DNA of 37,927 nucleotides from an uncultured Aquabacterium sp. Its GTDB lineage: Bacteria > Pseudomonadota > Gammaproteobacteria > Burkholderiales > Burkholderiaceae_C. The notes below the pieces were generated by a model. That model was given only the letters and a program-made list of their open reading frames with translations. It ran no database searches and had not been told where the DNA came from. Shown here piece after piece: positions 26,526 through 36,753 of the stretch. Every line of letters begins with the position of its first letter. The first letter of the stretch is position 1. Position numbers and translations under genes: made by a program. Location of the stretch: positions 1 to 37,927 of the forward strand of contig CAYPUS010000004.1 in NCBI GenBank assembly GCA_964413815.1, given 5' to 3'.

Positions 26526-28142
26526 ATGCATCGGAACCTGCCTGTCACCCAAAAGGAATACGTGTTCGATGCGGCGGAGACCCTGCTGTCGACGACCGAC
26601 ACAAAGGGCAGGATCCAATACGCCAACCGCGCCTTTCTGGAGGTGGCCGGCTTCAGCAAGGCGCAGCTGTATGGGCAGCCCCATCACATCGTGCGGCATC
26701 CCGACATGCCTGAAGCGGCCTTCGCCGATCTCTGGCGCACGCTCAAGGCCGGCGGCAGCTGGTGCGGACTGGTCAAGAACCGACGCAGCAACGGCGACCA
26801 CTATTGGGTGCGCGCCAACGTCGCCCCGATCCGGGAGCAGGGCGTGGTGATCGGCTACATGTCCGTGCGCACACGGGCCGACCCTCAAGAGGTGCGCGCC
26901 ATCGAGCCCATCTACCAGGCCCTTCTGGAAGGGCGTCCCTGCGGCTGGCGCTTGCGCCGCGGCCGGCTGGTGCGCACAGGCCCGGCGTCGCTGGCCGATC
27001 GGCTGCGCGAGCTGTCGGTGCGGGCCAAACTCGGCGGCGGGCTGGCTGTGCTGCTGGTGGCCGGGCTGGCGGGCATGCTGCCGCCGCTGTTGGGACAGAC
27101 GCCCAGCGTCTGGCCGATGGTCGTCTTCGCGGCGGCCGGTTTGCTGGTGGGATGGGCCTTGCATCGGGGCGTGCTGCAGCCGCTGGCCACCCTCGTCACG
27201 CAGGCCGGCCTGCTGGCCAGCGGCCAGCGGCCGCAAGGCCTGTTCCGCCATCGCGCCGACGAGATCGGCACCCTGATGCGCAGCCTGGAGCAGGCCGGGC
27301 TCAACCTCGTGGCCCTGGGCCGCGATGTGCGCGATCAGATCAACGCCGTGCGCGACTCGGTCGGTGCGATGCAGCACAGCGCCGAGCACTTGCACGGCTG
27401 CACGGGCGAATCCAGCGACCAGCTCGCGCAGACGGCGGCGGCCCTGGAAGAGCTCTCGCGCACCATCTCCAGCAACCAGGAGGCGGTGAGCGCCCTGGCC
27501 CAGCTGGCCACCGAAGCCGACCAGGCCACGCAAACGGGCAAGACCATGATGGCGCGCACGGGCGAGACCATGGAAGAGATCGCGCTGTCGGGCCAGCGGG
27601 TCACCGAGTTCTCTTCGATGATCGATGCCATCGCCTTTCAGACCAACATCCTGGCCTTGAACGCGGCGGTGGAAGCGGCCCGGGCCGGCGAGCACGGCCG
27701 TGGCTTCGCCGTGGTGGCCGCCGAGGTGCGGGCCCTGTCCAAGAAGAGCGGCGATGCGGCCAATGAGATCAAGGCCCTGGTGGACGCCACGAAGGCGCGC
27801 GTCGAAGCGGGCGTGGCCGTCGTCGCGCAGGCCGGGCAGGCCATGGACCACATCACCAAGATGGTGGGCTCGCTGACGGCGCTGATGCAGGAGATCAAGA
27901 TCGCCACGCAGCAGCAGGCCATCGGGGTCAACCAGGTCAATGCCGCGATCGGGCAGCTGCAGGCGCTGACGGACCGCAACGGCGAGCTGGTCGAAAGCAG
28001 CGCGGCCGTCACCATGCGCCTGCACGAGCAGGCCTCGCGGCTCGACGAGGCCGCATCCGTCTACCGCCTGTGCCGGCAGGTCGGCCAGCCGGACTCGCCC
28101 GAGACGGCGCAGTCCAAGCCCCTGGCCCTGGAGACCCAATGA
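26526..28142 (+). CDS. aer: Aer-like PAS-domain chemoreceptor
   Basis: [50 protein letters not shown]; two TMs; HAMP (DEIG); [35 protein letters not shown]. Confidence 0.9.
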   Translation: MHRNLPVTQKEYVFDAAETLLSTTDTKGRIQYANRAFLEVAGFSKAQLYGQPHHIVRHPDMPEAAFADLWRTLKAGGSWCGLVKNRRSNGDHYWVRANVAPIREQGVVIGYMSVRTRADPQEVRAIEPIYQALLEGRPCGWRLRRGRLVRTGPASLADRLRELSVRAKLGGGLAVLLVAGLAGMLPPLLGQTPSVWPMVVFAAAGLLVGWALHRGVLQPLATLVTQAGLLASGQRPQGLFRHRADEIGTLMRSLEQAGLNLVALGRDVRDQINAVRDSVGAMQHSAEHLHGCTGESSDQLAQTAAALEELSRTISSNQEAVSALAQLATEADQATQTGKTMMARTGETMEEIALSGQRVTEFSSMIDAIAFQTNILALNAAVEAARAGEHGRGFAVVAAEVRALSKKSGDAANEIKALVDATKARVEAGVAVVAQAGQAMDHITKMVGSLTALMQEIKIATQQQAIGVNQVNAAIGQLQALTDRNGELVESSAAVTMRLHEQASRLDEAASVYRLCRQVGQPDSPETAQSKPLALETQ

Positions 28143-29671
28143 GCCCTTTGCCGCCCGAACTCAGCCGCCTGCGACCTGACCGCACGACCACCCTCGGCCG
28201 TGCGCTGAGCGAGCTGAACCGGACCCATCTGGCCCTCGACCACCACGCCATCGTCAGCATCACCGACCGCAAAGGCGTCATCACCAGCGTCAACGACCGC
28301 TTCTGCGCCATCAGCGGCTATGCACGCGATGAACTGATCGGCCACACGCACAGCCTGCTCAAGTCCGGCCGGCATGACGACGCGCTCTACCGCGATCTGT
28401 GGTCCACCATCCAGCGCGGCGAGGTCTGGCATGGTGTCATCTGCAACCGGCGCAAGGGGGGCGGCAGCTACTGGGTGCAGTCCACCATCGTGCCGCTGAC
28501 CGATGAGGCCGGCGCCATCGAGGCCTACATCTCGCTGCGCACCGACATCACCGAGCGTGTGCTCGCCCAGGAACAGTCGTCGCTGCTGTCGCAGGTGCTC
28601 GACCGCACCGACCAGGCCGTCGTCGTCATGGGCATCGAGGATGGCCGCATCTGCTATGCCAACGCCGCCGCAGGCCGCGCCGTGGGCCTGGCCGTCGCGC
28701 AGATGCAGGGGTGCGCCTTCGATGACTTCATCCCCCCGATGTTGAAACGGCGCTGCCGTCAAGGCTGGCAGGACATCCGCAATGGCGACTTTCGGTGGGA
28801 GGGACTGCTGCCGCTGCGCCGGCACGATGGCAAGCCTTTCCTGGCCTCAAGCCATGTCGGGGTGCTCACCGATGCCACGGGGCGGGCCCGGCAGGTGTTC
28901 AACATCTTTTCCGATTACGCGCATGAGCGCGAGCGGCAGTCGCTGCTGATCAAGGCCCGGCGCGATGCCGAGCAGGCCAGTGCGGCCAAGTCGAGCTTTC
29001 TGTCCAGCACCAGCCATGAACTGCGCACACCGCTGAACGCGATCCTCGGCTTCGCGCAGCTGCTGGCGCTCTACAACCAGACGCCCCAGCAGCAGCTGTG
29101 GATCAAGGAGATCCTGCGCGCCGGCCAGCACCTCGTGACGCTGATCGACGAGATCCTGGATCTGAGCCGCATCGAATCGGGCGCCGATGTGCTGCACATC
29201 CAGCACATCGACATGGGCCCGGTGTGCCGCGACTGCCTCTCGCTGATCGCACCGCTCGCCGCGGAAAGACAGATCCGCCTGCGCGAAGAAAGTCCGCTGG
29301 AGCCAAGCTGGGTGCTGGCCGACAACGTGCGGCTCAAGCAGGTCATCCTCAACCTGCTGTCCAACGCTGTCAAATACAGCCCGGCGCGAAGCGAGGTGAC
29401 GCTGCGCATCGCGCAGCCCGAGCCGGCCCATGTGCGCGTGGCCATCGAAGATCATGGCGCCGGCATCCCGCCGCAGCGCATGGGCCAGCTGTTCGAACCC
29501 TTCAACCGGCTGGGCATCGAGAACCAGGGCATTCCGGGCACCGGCATCGGCCTGGCCATCAGCAAGAAGCTGATCGACCGCATGCAGGGCCGCATCGGCG
29601 CCTGCAGCACTCCGGGCGAGGGCAGCACCTTCTGGATCGAACTCAAGACGCCCCCGACTCCCATGATGTGA
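28139..29671 (+). CDS. Cytoplasmic PAS-PAS histidine kinase (HisKA/HATPase)
   Basis: ATGA overlap with the receptor; [12 protein letters not shown]...YWVQSTIVP...[46 protein letters not shown]. No receiver domain. Confidence 0.93.
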   Translation: MSPLPPELSRLRPDRTTTLGRALSELNRTHLALDHHAIVSITDRKGVITSVNDRFCAISGYARDELIGHTHSLLKSGRHDDALYRDLWSTIQRGEVWHGVICNRRKGGGSYWVQSTIVPLTDEAGAIEAYISLRTDITERVLAQEQSSLLSQVLDRTDQAVVVMGIEDGRICYANAAAGRAVGLAVAQMQGCAFDDFIPPMLKRRCRQGWQDIRNGDFRWEGLLPLRRHDGKPFLASSHVGVLTDATGRARQVFNIFSDYAHERERQSLLIKARRDAEQASAAKSSFLSSTSHELRTPLNAILGFAQLLALYNQTPQQQLWIKEILRAGQHLVTLIDEILDLSRIESGADVLHIQHIDMGPVCRDCLSLIAPLAAERQIRLREESPLEPSWVLADNVRLKQVILNLLSNAVKYSPARSEVTLRIAQPEPAHVRVAIEDHGAGIPPQRMGQLFEPFNRLGIENQGIPGTGIGLAISKKLIDRMQGRIGACSTPGEGSTFWIELKTPPTPMM

Positions 29672-29839
29672 GAGCGCACGCACCCGCCGCCGCACCCACC
29701 GGGATCGATGGGCCTGCGGCCTCCTGGCCTTGACGCGGATCAAGCCGCCTCGCGGGCGCCGGCTCACAATGCGCCTCGCGCCGATCATGCGGCTGCCCCA
29801 CCGATCCCCGAAGCCGCTTGCCTTCCGAATTGAACAGAG

Positions 29840-30466
29840 ATGATCCGAGTAGTCATCGCCGACGATCACCCCATCGTCTGCCAGGGCCTGATGCAGTTGA
29901 TCGCGACCACCACCGACATGCGTGTGGCGGGGTGCGCCGCCAACCGGGCCGAGTTGCTGACACTCAGCGCACGCCAGGAAGCCGATGTGCTGGTGATGGA
30001 CCTGTCCATGCCGGGTATCCAAGGGCTGACGCTGCTGCAGGAGGTGATCGGGCTCGACGGCATCCCGCCCATCGTGGTGCTGTCGATGCACAACGAAGGT
30101 CAGATCGTGCAGCGCGCCATGAAGCTGGGCGCCGCGGCCTACGTCACCAAAGAGAGCGACCCGCGCTGCCTGCTGTCGGCGATCCGGCGTGCGGTGGTGG
30201 GCGGGCGCTACCTCGACCCGTCGCTGCTGGACGCGCTGGCGACCTCCCTGTCACCCGCGCAGCAGGCCCCGCATGAATCGCTGTCCCTGCGCGAGCAGCA
30301 GGTGCTCAAGCTCATTGTGTCGGGCCGGCAGATTGGCGACATCGCCGCCCTGCTCAAGCTCAGCCCCAAGACGGTCAGCACCCACAAGATGCGCATCATG
30401 CACAAGCTGCAGGTGGCCAACAACGCGGACCTGGTGCGCTACGCCTTGCGGCACGGCATCGGCTGA
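29840..30466 (+). CDS. NarL/FixJ family response regulator (REC plus LuxR HTH)
   Basis: IADDHPIV, MDLSMPG, LSMH, YVTK, LSLREQQVL...LSPKTVSTHK. Confidence 0.95.
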   Translation: MIRVVIADDHPIVCQGLMQLIATTTDMRVAGCAANRAELLTLSARQEADVLVMDLSMPGIQGLTLLQEVIGLDGIPPIVVLSMHNEGQIVQRAMKLGAAAYVTKESDPRCLLSAIRRAVVGGRYLDPSLLDALATSLSPAQQAPHESLSLREQQVLKLIVSGRQIGDIAALLKLSPKTVSTHKMRIMHKLQVANNADLVRYALRHGIG

Positions 30467-30693
30467 GAACACTTGTCCAGCCTGCGCATGGCGATGGCAT
30501 CGAAGGGGCAGACCACCGCGCACTTCGCACAGCCCGTGCAGCCCGGCGCATCGTGCAGCACCGCGTGTTTGCGGCCCATGCCGCCCGGCCCTTCGGCCTC
30601 CAGCCAGAGCACCTTGGGCGGGCAGATGCCAATGCAGCGGCCACAGCCGGTGCAGCGCGCCGGGTCGATGTGGGGCAGGGCCTTGGCGCTCAC
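30439..30693 (-). CDS. 2x[4Fe-4S] ferredoxin
   Basis: CTGCGRCIGICP and CTGCAKCAVVCP; GTG start at 30693, just after the deaminase stop. Confidence 0.85.
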   Translation of the reverse strand: MSAKALPHIDPARCTGCGRCIGICPPKVLWLEAEGPGGMGRKHAVLHDAPGCTGCAKCAVVCPFDAIAMRRLDKCSQPMPCRKA

Positions 30694-30700
30694 TTCCCGC

Positions 30701-31177
30701 CTATCCGCCTGCTTGCCACTGCCTGAGCACCGCCACCGCGTCCTCGCGCAGCAGCGGCCCTTCCACCGCCACGGCCGGGCGCGCCGCAGCCAGGGCATCG
30801 GCGCAGCGCATGGGCAGCGAAGGCCCGCCCAGGGCCGCCTCGATGTCAGGTGTGGTGGCGCCATAGACCACGCGCGTGATCCCGGCCCAGAACATCGCGC
30901 CGGCGCACATGGCGCAGGGCTCGCCGCTGGCATACACGGTGGCCCCCTGCGTGACGGCCGGGCCCAGCGCAGCGCGCGCCTCGCGCACCAGCACCACTTC
31001 GGCGTGGCCGGTGCTGTCGGCCGTGGTGCACTGATTGTTCTGCGCCACCCACAGCACGCGCCCGTCCTTGACCAGACTGGCCCCGAAAGGCATGTTGCCC
31101 GCGGCCAGGGCCTGGCGCGAAGCCTCGATGGCCGCGCGCATGTAGGCGGCGTCCTGATCGGCTTGCATGTCGCTCAT
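30701..31177 (-). CDS. Zn-dependent nucleoside/nucleobase deaminase (CDA fold, guanine-deaminase-like)
   Basis: PFGA, GHAE, GEPCAMCAGA motifs. Confidence 0.92.
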   Translation of the reverse strand: MSDMQADQDAAYMRAAIEASRQALAAGNMPFGASLVKDGRVLWVAQNNQCTTADSTGHAEVVLVREARAALGPAVTQGATVYASGEPCAMCAGAMFWAGITRVVYGATTPDIEAALGGPSLPMRCADALAAARPAVAVEGPLLREDAVAVLRQWQAGG

Positions 31178-31179
31178 GT

Positions 31180-31830
31180 TCAGATCTCGTCGATGACCGT
31201 GCTGCGGGCCGCGGGCGTCTCGCCTTCGATGGCGAAGCGGTCGCGGGTTCGCACATAAAAACTGGCCCCGAAGCGGGCCACCGGGAAATAGTCTTGCAGG
31301 CGCACGCGCCAGGTGTCGGTGTCCACCAGCCCCTCGCGCACGCGCAGCCACTGCACCCGCCCGAAGAACACGTGCCGGCTTTCGTTCTCCATGTGCTCGT
31401 GCAGCACGCATTCGAAAGCCACAGGGGCTGGCGCGATGCAGGGCACCGCCACGGTGCGCCCTGGCACGGTGCCCAGGCCCAGCAAGTCGAGCTCGCTGAC
31501 ATCGGCGGGTGCTTCGGCCGCGCAAGCATGCATGGCCGCGGCCAGCCCTTCATCGGCCAGGTGCACGACGAACTGGCCATTGGCCAGGATGTTGGTGGCC
31601 GTGTCCTTGAGCCGGCCCTGGCTGTTGTGATGGTTGACGCTGATCATCACCAGGGGCGGCTCCTCGCCCACCATGTTGAACATCGAAAAAGGCGCGGCAT
31701 TGACCAAGCCCCGCGCGTTGACCGTCGTCACCCAGGCGATGGGGCGAGGCACGATCAGGCTGGCCATCAGCTTGTAGCGCTGATAGGCCGTCAGAGCGGG
31801 GAAATCGATGTCCTGGGCAGGGCTTGACAT
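31180..31830 (-). CDS. Flavin reductase family protein
   Basis: IVPRPIAWVTT, NAAPFSMFN, KDTATNI, AFEC. Confidence 0.9.
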   Translation of the reverse strand: MSSPAQDIDFPALTAYQRYKLMASLIVPRPIAWVTTVNARGLVNAAPFSMFNMVGEEPPLVMISVNHHNSQGRLKDTATNILANGQFVVHLADEGLAAAMHACAAEAPADVSELDLLGLGTVPGRTVAVPCIAPAPVAFECVLHEHMENESRHVFFGRVQWLRVREGLVDTDTWRVRLQDYFPVARFGASFYVRTRDRFAIEGETPAARSTVIDEI

Positions 31831-31878
31831 GGCGGGCTTTCTCTCATGCATTGTGGCGGGGCTGGGATCCATGCGGCA

Positions 31879-32994
31879 TCAGGCGGGCAACTTGCCCTCC
31901 ACGCCTTCCACATACCACTTCATCGACCACAGCTCGTTCTCGCTGATGACCTGCCCGCTGGGCACCTTGACCGCGCCGCTCTGGTCCTTGACCACGCCCG
32001 CGAAGGGATGGAAGCGGCCGGCCAGGATCTCGGCCTTGCGTTCGTTGAAGAGCTTGGCCAGATCGGGCGGCACGGCCGGGTTGAGCGGCGGCAGCTCGAT
32101 CATGCCTTCCTTCATGCCCCACTTGGTGTCCTCGGGCTTCCACTTGCCGGCCAGCACCTGGCGCACCTTGTGCACGTAGTACACGCCCCAGTTCACCACG
32201 TTGGCCGTCAGATGCGCCTTGGGCCCGAAGCGGGTCATGTCCGAATCCTGACCGAAGGCGTACAGGCCCTTGCTTTGCGCCAGCTGCACAATGGCCGGCG
32301 AATCCGTGTTCTGGTAGAACACATCGCATTGCTGGCCCAGCAGCGCCAGGGCCGCGTCGCGCTCGCGCGTGGGGTCGTACCAGCTGTTGATCCAGATGAC
32401 CTTGGTGCTGGCCTTGGGGTTGACGCTGCGCGCGCCATGCGTGAAGGCGTTGACGTTGCGCAGCACCTCCGGGATCGGGAAGGGGGCCACATAGCCGAGC
32501 TTGTTCGTCTTGCTCATGCGGCCGGCCAGCATGCCGATCAGGTAGGCGCCTTCATAGAAACGCGTCTGGTAGATGCCGACGTTTTTGGCCATCTTGTAAC
32601 CCGTGGCATGTTCGAAGATCACCTCGGGATGGTCGCGCGCGACCTTCATCGTCGGCTCCATGAAGCCGAAGGAGCACGTGAAGATCAGGCGGCACCCATC
32701 GGCGATGAGCTGGCGGATGACGCGCTCGGCATCGGTGGATTCGGGCACGTTCTCAACGCACACCGTCTGCACCTGGCCGCCAAAGGTCTTGTCCACCAGC
32801 TTGCGGCCCAGCTCATGCTGATAGGTCCAACCCACGTTGGAGATCGGGCCCGGATAGATGAAGCCGATCTTCAGCGGTGCGCCCGCCGCCCGCGCGGGGA
32901 TGGCGGTCAGGGCTCCGCCCAGGGCGGAGAGGGTGGCGGTGGCAGGGGCGGCAGCCCCCAGGGCGGCGGCTTGCAGCCATTGACGACGTTGCAT
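31879..32994 (-). CDS. BMP family ABC substrate-binding protein (nucleoside/purine type), Tat-exported
   Basis: RBS AGGAG; MQRRQWL leader; KIGFIYPGP..GWTYQHE, FEHATGYK, PIPEVLRNVNAF, WYVEGVEG. Confidence 0.93.
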   Translation of the reverse strand: MQRRQWLQAAALGAAAPATATLSALGGALTAIPARAAGAPLKIGFIYPGPISNVGWTYQHELGRKLVDKTFGGQVQTVCVENVPESTDAERVIRQLIADGCRLIFTCSFGFMEPTMKVARDHPEVIFEHATGYKMAKNVGIYQTRFYEGAYLIGMLAGRMSKTNKLGYVAPFPIPEVLRNVNAFTHGARSVNPKASTKVIWINSWYDPTRERDAALALLGQQCDVFYQNTDSPAIVQLAQSKGLYAFGQDSDMTRFGPKAHLTANVVNWGVYYVHKVRQVLAGKWKPEDTKWGMKEGMIELPPLNPAVPPDLAKLFNERKAEILAGRFHPFAGVVKDQSGAVKVPSGQVISENELWSMKWYVEGVEGKLPA

Positions 32995-33030
32995 GGTGAG
33001 ACTCCTGGCGGAAAGGTGGGACGCTCTCAC

Positions 33031-33082
33031 GTATGCACAAAACTGGAATCATGTATACGTGATTGTACGTTCTTGCATGCAA
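33031..33082. promoter_or_regulatory. Candidate GntR (FCD) operator sites
   Basis: ATGTATACGT (33051-33060), perfect palindrome TTGCATGCAA (33073-33082) and GTATGCACAA (33031-33040). These resemble TTGTATACAA-type boxes and lie between the GntR gene and its divergent operon. Confidence 0.55.
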
Positions 33083-33093
33083 TGCCTGTGCCA
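33078..33093 (-). promoter_or_regulatory. Sigma54 (-24/-12) promoter of the BMP operon
   Basis: Minus strand TGGCACAGGCATTGCA is an exact TGGCAC-N5-TTGCW match, 84 bp upstream of the BMP start. Confidence 0.85.
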
Positions 33094-33194
33094 TCTTGCA
33101 TTCCCCATGGCGGTGCACATGCATACCTCCCGCGAAGCCGGGCACAATCGGTGCTTCCGCGCTTTGCCCCTCCTCCGCTCAAGCTTTTCACGCC

Positions 33195-33887
33195 ATGCGT
33201 TTGTCCCAGAAGGCCGATGTGGCCTACCTCGCACTGCGCCAGGCCATCATGGAGCAGGCCCTCACGCCCGGCACCAAGCTGCCCGAAGATCCCCTGGCCG
33301 AGCAGTTCCAGGTCAGCCGCACCCTGGTGCGCGCCGCGCTGGCGCGCCTGGCTTCCGAAGGGCTGATCGAGATGGGCAACAAGCGCACGGCCACGGTGGC
33401 GCAGCCCAGCCTGGACGAAGCGCGGGCGGTGTTCGAGGTGCGCCGCTGCCTGGAGGCTGAAGCGGTGCGCCTGGTGTGCGCCCGCTGGCAGCCCGCCTGG
33501 CGCGCCCCCTTGCAGGCCCATGTGGAGCAGGAACAGGCCGCGGCTGCGGCCGGCCAGACGAATGTGTCGATCCGCCTGGCGGGCGAATTCCATGTCTTGC
33601 TGGCCGAGATGGCGGGCAACCCGCTGCTGTCGCGCTACCTGTCCGAGGTGGCCACGCGCTGCTCGCTGATCCTGGCCGTCTACGGCCGCCCGCACTCCTC
33701 CGATTGCGCCATCGCCGAGCATCTGGCCCTGATCGACGCGCTGGCCGAGCGCGATGCCAACCGCGCGGTCAGCCTGATGTGCGCCCACCTCGAAGGCATC
33801 GAGCAGCGCGCGCTGCTGACCCGCATCGTGCGCGACGACCAGGATCTGGGCAGCATCCTGTCGCGCTACGCGAAGGCGGTGGGCTGA
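33195..33887 (+). CDS. GntR family transcriptional regulator (FCD domain)
   Basis: LRQAIMEQALTPGTKLPEDPLAEQFQVSRTLVRAAL wHTH; EFHVLLAEMAGN, EHLALIDAL. Confidence 0.94.
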   Translation: MRLSQKADVAYLALRQAIMEQALTPGTKLPEDPLAEQFQVSRTLVRAALARLASEGLIEMGNKRTATVAQPSLDEARAVFEVRRCLEAEAVRLVCARWQPAWRAPLQAHVEQEQAAAAAGQTNVSIRLAGEFHVLLAEMAGNPLLSRYLSEVATRCSLILAVYGRPHSSDCAIAEHLALIDALAERDANRAVSLMCAHLEGIEQRALLTRIVRDDQDLGSILSRYAKAVG

Positions 33888-33921
33888 AGCCGCCCCGACC
33901 ACGCCACGCGGTATCGGCGCC

Positions 33922-34956
33922 TCAACCCCGGGACACGGCCGGCTGCGGCTCGGCCACCCAGGCATGCGCAAGCAGCAGGGGCAGGCACCACACCAGCGGC
34001 TGGTAGATGCGCGACTCGCTGAGGAGGCCGAACTCCGCCAGCGACAGCAGGTAGGCGACCAGGGTCACGCCCATGGCCAGGAGGGCAGCGCTGCGGATGC
34101 GCACGGCCTGCACCAGGGTCTTGAGCAGCGCCATGCCCAGCAGCGCGATCACAAAGAACACCGGCTGGGGCGCCCGCCACATGTTCAGGACGACCTCCAG
34201 GTTGGCGGCATGGTTCCGGTGGTTGCCAAAGCCCAGATGCTGGGCATCGTCGCGGATGCCGGCCAGCGAGGAGTAATCGAACAGGGCATGGCGCAAAGCC
34301 TCGGTCCAGACCAGCGTCAGCAGCATCAGGCCCAGCCCCCACGCCATCCACTTGCGAGCGGCCGCCAGCATGTCTTGCGAAGGGCCGGCAGGCCCCGCCC
34401 ACCTCAGGGCCGCGCCATAGGCGAACAGGAAAAAGCCGATGAACACCGCACTCTCGCGGTTGAGCAGGGCCACCCCGAAGAGCAGCAGCATGCCGGGCAG
34501 CGACCAGCCTCGCATCGCCATGTGCACCAAGGCCAGCAGGCAGGCCGCTTCGATGTAGTCCCAGGGATAGGACCAGTAATGGGTCAACACCGTCCACATC
34601 ATCGTGGCCAGGACCACGGTGAAGATGCTTTTCAGGTGGCTGCCCGTGCATTGGCGCACCATCAGGTACAGCGCCATGTTCAAGGCCACCAGGGCGCCTT
34701 TGACGAACAGCACCAACGGCGTGGACGCCACCCAGCCCATCACCATCAACACGGCGGGCCCCAGCAGGCGGTTCTGGTAGGCGCGCCAGTGGGGCGTGCG
34801 GTCCAGCACACTGCGCCACGCCGCATCCATGTCGGCCATGTTGACCTGGTGCACCACGATCCAGTGGCTGTAGGCCATGCGGCTCAAGGCCAGCACCAGC
34901 ACAAGAGACAAGACTGTGGCGCGGTCAAAAGTGATCCAGGGGCGCGAGCCGCGCAT
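33922..34956 (-). CDS. Multi-pass membrane hypothetical protein
   Basis: AGGA RBS-like site; about 8-10 hydrophobic helices; loop motifs AYQNRLLGP, YPWD, LNRES, ESRIY. Confidence 0.7.
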   Translation of the reverse strand: MRGSRPWITFDRATVLSLVLVLALSRMAYSHWIVVHQVNMADMDAAWRSVLDRTPHWRAYQNRLLGPAVLMVMGWVASTPLVLFVKGALVALNMALYLMVRQCTGSHLKSIFTVVLATMMWTVLTHYWSYPWDYIEAACLLALVHMAMRGWSLPGMLLLFGVALLNRESAVFIGFFLFAYGAALRWAGPAGPSQDMLAAARKWMAWGLGLMLLTLVWTEALRHALFDYSSLAGIRDDAQHLGFGNHRNHAANLEVVLNMWRAPQPVFFVIALLGMALLKTLVQAVRIRSAALLAMGVTLVAYLLSLAEFGLLSESRIYQPLVWCLPLLLAHAWVAEPQPAVSRG

Positions 34957-35129
34957 GTGCTGTCCATCCTGCTGCGTCAAATGGGCGACAGCATATCTGG
35001 CCCCCACGCCGCGCGGCACGCGGGGAAACCAACAAACACCGCCACCAGACCGCGTCACGCCAAGGGTTCTTACACTCCTGCCTCGAACCTGGTTCGGCAT
35101 CTGTCTTTGCCGCCACTGAGCTTTACACC

Positions 35130-36071
35130 GTGTCACACCTCCGCCCCCTGCTCGACGCCATCGCCGCCGTCTCCGCGCCTCCCACCGAAGCCCAGCGCAT
35201 CTTCCATGGCCGTGGGGGCCTCTTTCCCGGTTGCGAACAGTGGACGCTGGACGCTTATCCGCCTGTCTGGCTGCTGACCAGCTTCCTGCCGGCGGCCTCG
35301 GAAGACCTGGCTGCCATCCATCAAGCACTGGCCGAACACTGGCAGCGGATCGCGCCCGGGCAGCCGCTGAACCTGGTCTTCCAGCACCGTGACGAAGTGC
35401 GGGCCGAAACGCGCCTGCTGGCCGGTGAGGTGCCCGACCCGCACGTGGTGGCGGCGCAAGGCGCGCGCTTCAAGGTGCACCTGATGCGCGGCATGAACCA
35501 CGGGCTCTTCCTGGACATGGCCGAAGGCCGCCAATGGGTGCGCGCGCATGTGGCCGCGCGACCCGGCATCAAGGTGCTCAACCTCTTTGCCTACACCTGC
35601 GCGTTTTCCGTCATTGCCCTGCAGGCGGGCGCGGGGCAGGTGGTCAATGTGGACATGGCTGGCGGGGCCCTGTCGATCGGCAAACAGAACCACCACCTCA
35701 ATGGGGTCAGCGAGGGCGCGAGCTTCCTGCCCCATGACATTTTCACGACCTGGGGCAAGATCGGCCGCGGCGGGCCTTATGAGCTGATCATCCTGGATCC
35801 GCCCACCTACCAGAAGGGCAGTTTCATCGCAGAGAAGGACTACGCGCGGCTGATGCGCCGGCTGCCCGATCTGCTGGCGCCAGGCGGGCACGCGCTGGTG
35901 TGCCTGAATTCACCCAAGCTGGGCACGGACTTTCTGCACGAGCAGATGCAGGCCCAGGCGCCCTCGCTGCGCTTCGTCGAGCGGCTGCCCAACCCTGCCG
36001 CCTTTGGGGATGTGTCCGCGCAAAGGGCCTTGAAGGTCCTGGTTTACCAGGCAGGCAGCCCCCCAGCATAA
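35130..36071 (+). CDS. Class I SAM-dependent methyltransferase (RlmI/RlmK-like)
   Basis: RIFHGRGG, NHGLFLDM, KVLNLFAYTCAFSV, NVD, IILDPPTYQKGSF. The start is uncertain. Confidence 0.88.
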   Translation: MSHLRPLLDAIAAVSAPPTEAQRIFHGRGGLFPGCEQWTLDAYPPVWLLTSFLPAASEDLAAIHQALAEHWQRIAPGQPLNLVFQHRDEVRAETRLLAGEVPDPHVVAAQGARFKVHLMRGMNHGLFLDMAEGRQWVRAHVAARPGIKVLNLFAYTCAFSVIALQAGAGQVVNVDMAGGALSIGKQNHHLNGVSEGASFLPHDIFTTWGKIGRGGPYELIILDPPTYQKGSFIAEKDYARLMRRLPDLLAPGGHALVCLNSPKLGTDFLHEQMQAQAPSLRFVERLPNPAAFGDVSAQRALKVLVYQAGSPPA

Positions 36072-36205
36072 GGGCGAATCGGCCCTTGTGCGCACCTCGT
36101 TGCATCAAAGCCCCAAAGCAGGGGTCTTGTGCCAAATCCGTCCACCACAGTTGGCCCAAGTTCTGCATGATGGTCACACGTGACCTGTGTTGTACGGAGG
36201 GCAAT

Positions 36206-36712
36206 GTGAACTGGTTAGGCAACGTCTCATCAGATTGCGATCAACCGATTGCACCGGCTTGCCTCGTGCAAGGACATTGGCGTTATCGCCCTCACCCCTA
36301 TGCAGAGCCGATGCTCTGCCGCATCGTGATGGACCTGTCGGAGCCCCGCGTCGTGGCTGCGCAGTTCATCGAACACGGCATCGCGCGCGACTTCGAATCG
36401 CACGCGCTGGAAGACCTCAGCCGCACGCTGATCGATCAGGAAGTGCACCACCGCCCCTCGGCCTGGGGCTTTTCCGCCTGCAACTCGCTGCCCGGCTGGG
36501 CCAAGCCCAGCTTCAGCGAACAGCAGATCGAAGAACTCGAACGCATCGAGGGCTACCTGATCGAGGCCTCGGACGACACCATCGACGAGGTGCTCAAGCT
36601 GCGGGACGCCTTCTTACAGGGCATCGGCATGACCGACCGGGACATTTACCGGGCGGTGCGCCAACCCCAGCATGGCCATCAGGTCGGCGGCAAGTCCCGC
36701 GTGATCAACTGA
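36206..36712 (+). CDS. Hypothetical protein
   Basis: GGAGG RBS 5 bp before GTG 36206; high-GC3 codon pattern; terminator directly downstream. Confidence 0.7.
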   Translation: MNWLGNVSSDCDQPIAPACLVQGHWRYRPHPYAEPMLCRIVMDLSEPRVVAAQFIEHGIARDFESHALEDLSRTLIDQEVHHRPSAWGFSACNSLPGWAKPSFSEQQIEELERIEGYLIEASDDTIDEVLKLRDAFLQGIGMTDRDIYRAVRQPQHGHQVGGKSRVIN

Positions 36713-36722
36713 AAGTGTCTGC

Positions 36723-36752
36723 AAGGGGAAGGCGTTGATCGCCTTCCTTTTT
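36723..36752. terminator. Intrinsic terminator between convergent genes
   Basis: AAGGGGAAGGCG-ttgat-CGCCTTCCTTTTT. Confidence 0.8.
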
Positions 36753-36753
36753 G

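Noticed and set aside
33095..33160. NtrC enhancer sites upstream of the sigma54 promoter
   Set aside because: GCAC/GTGC half-sites are present, but spacing does not match the 17-bp NtrC consensus.
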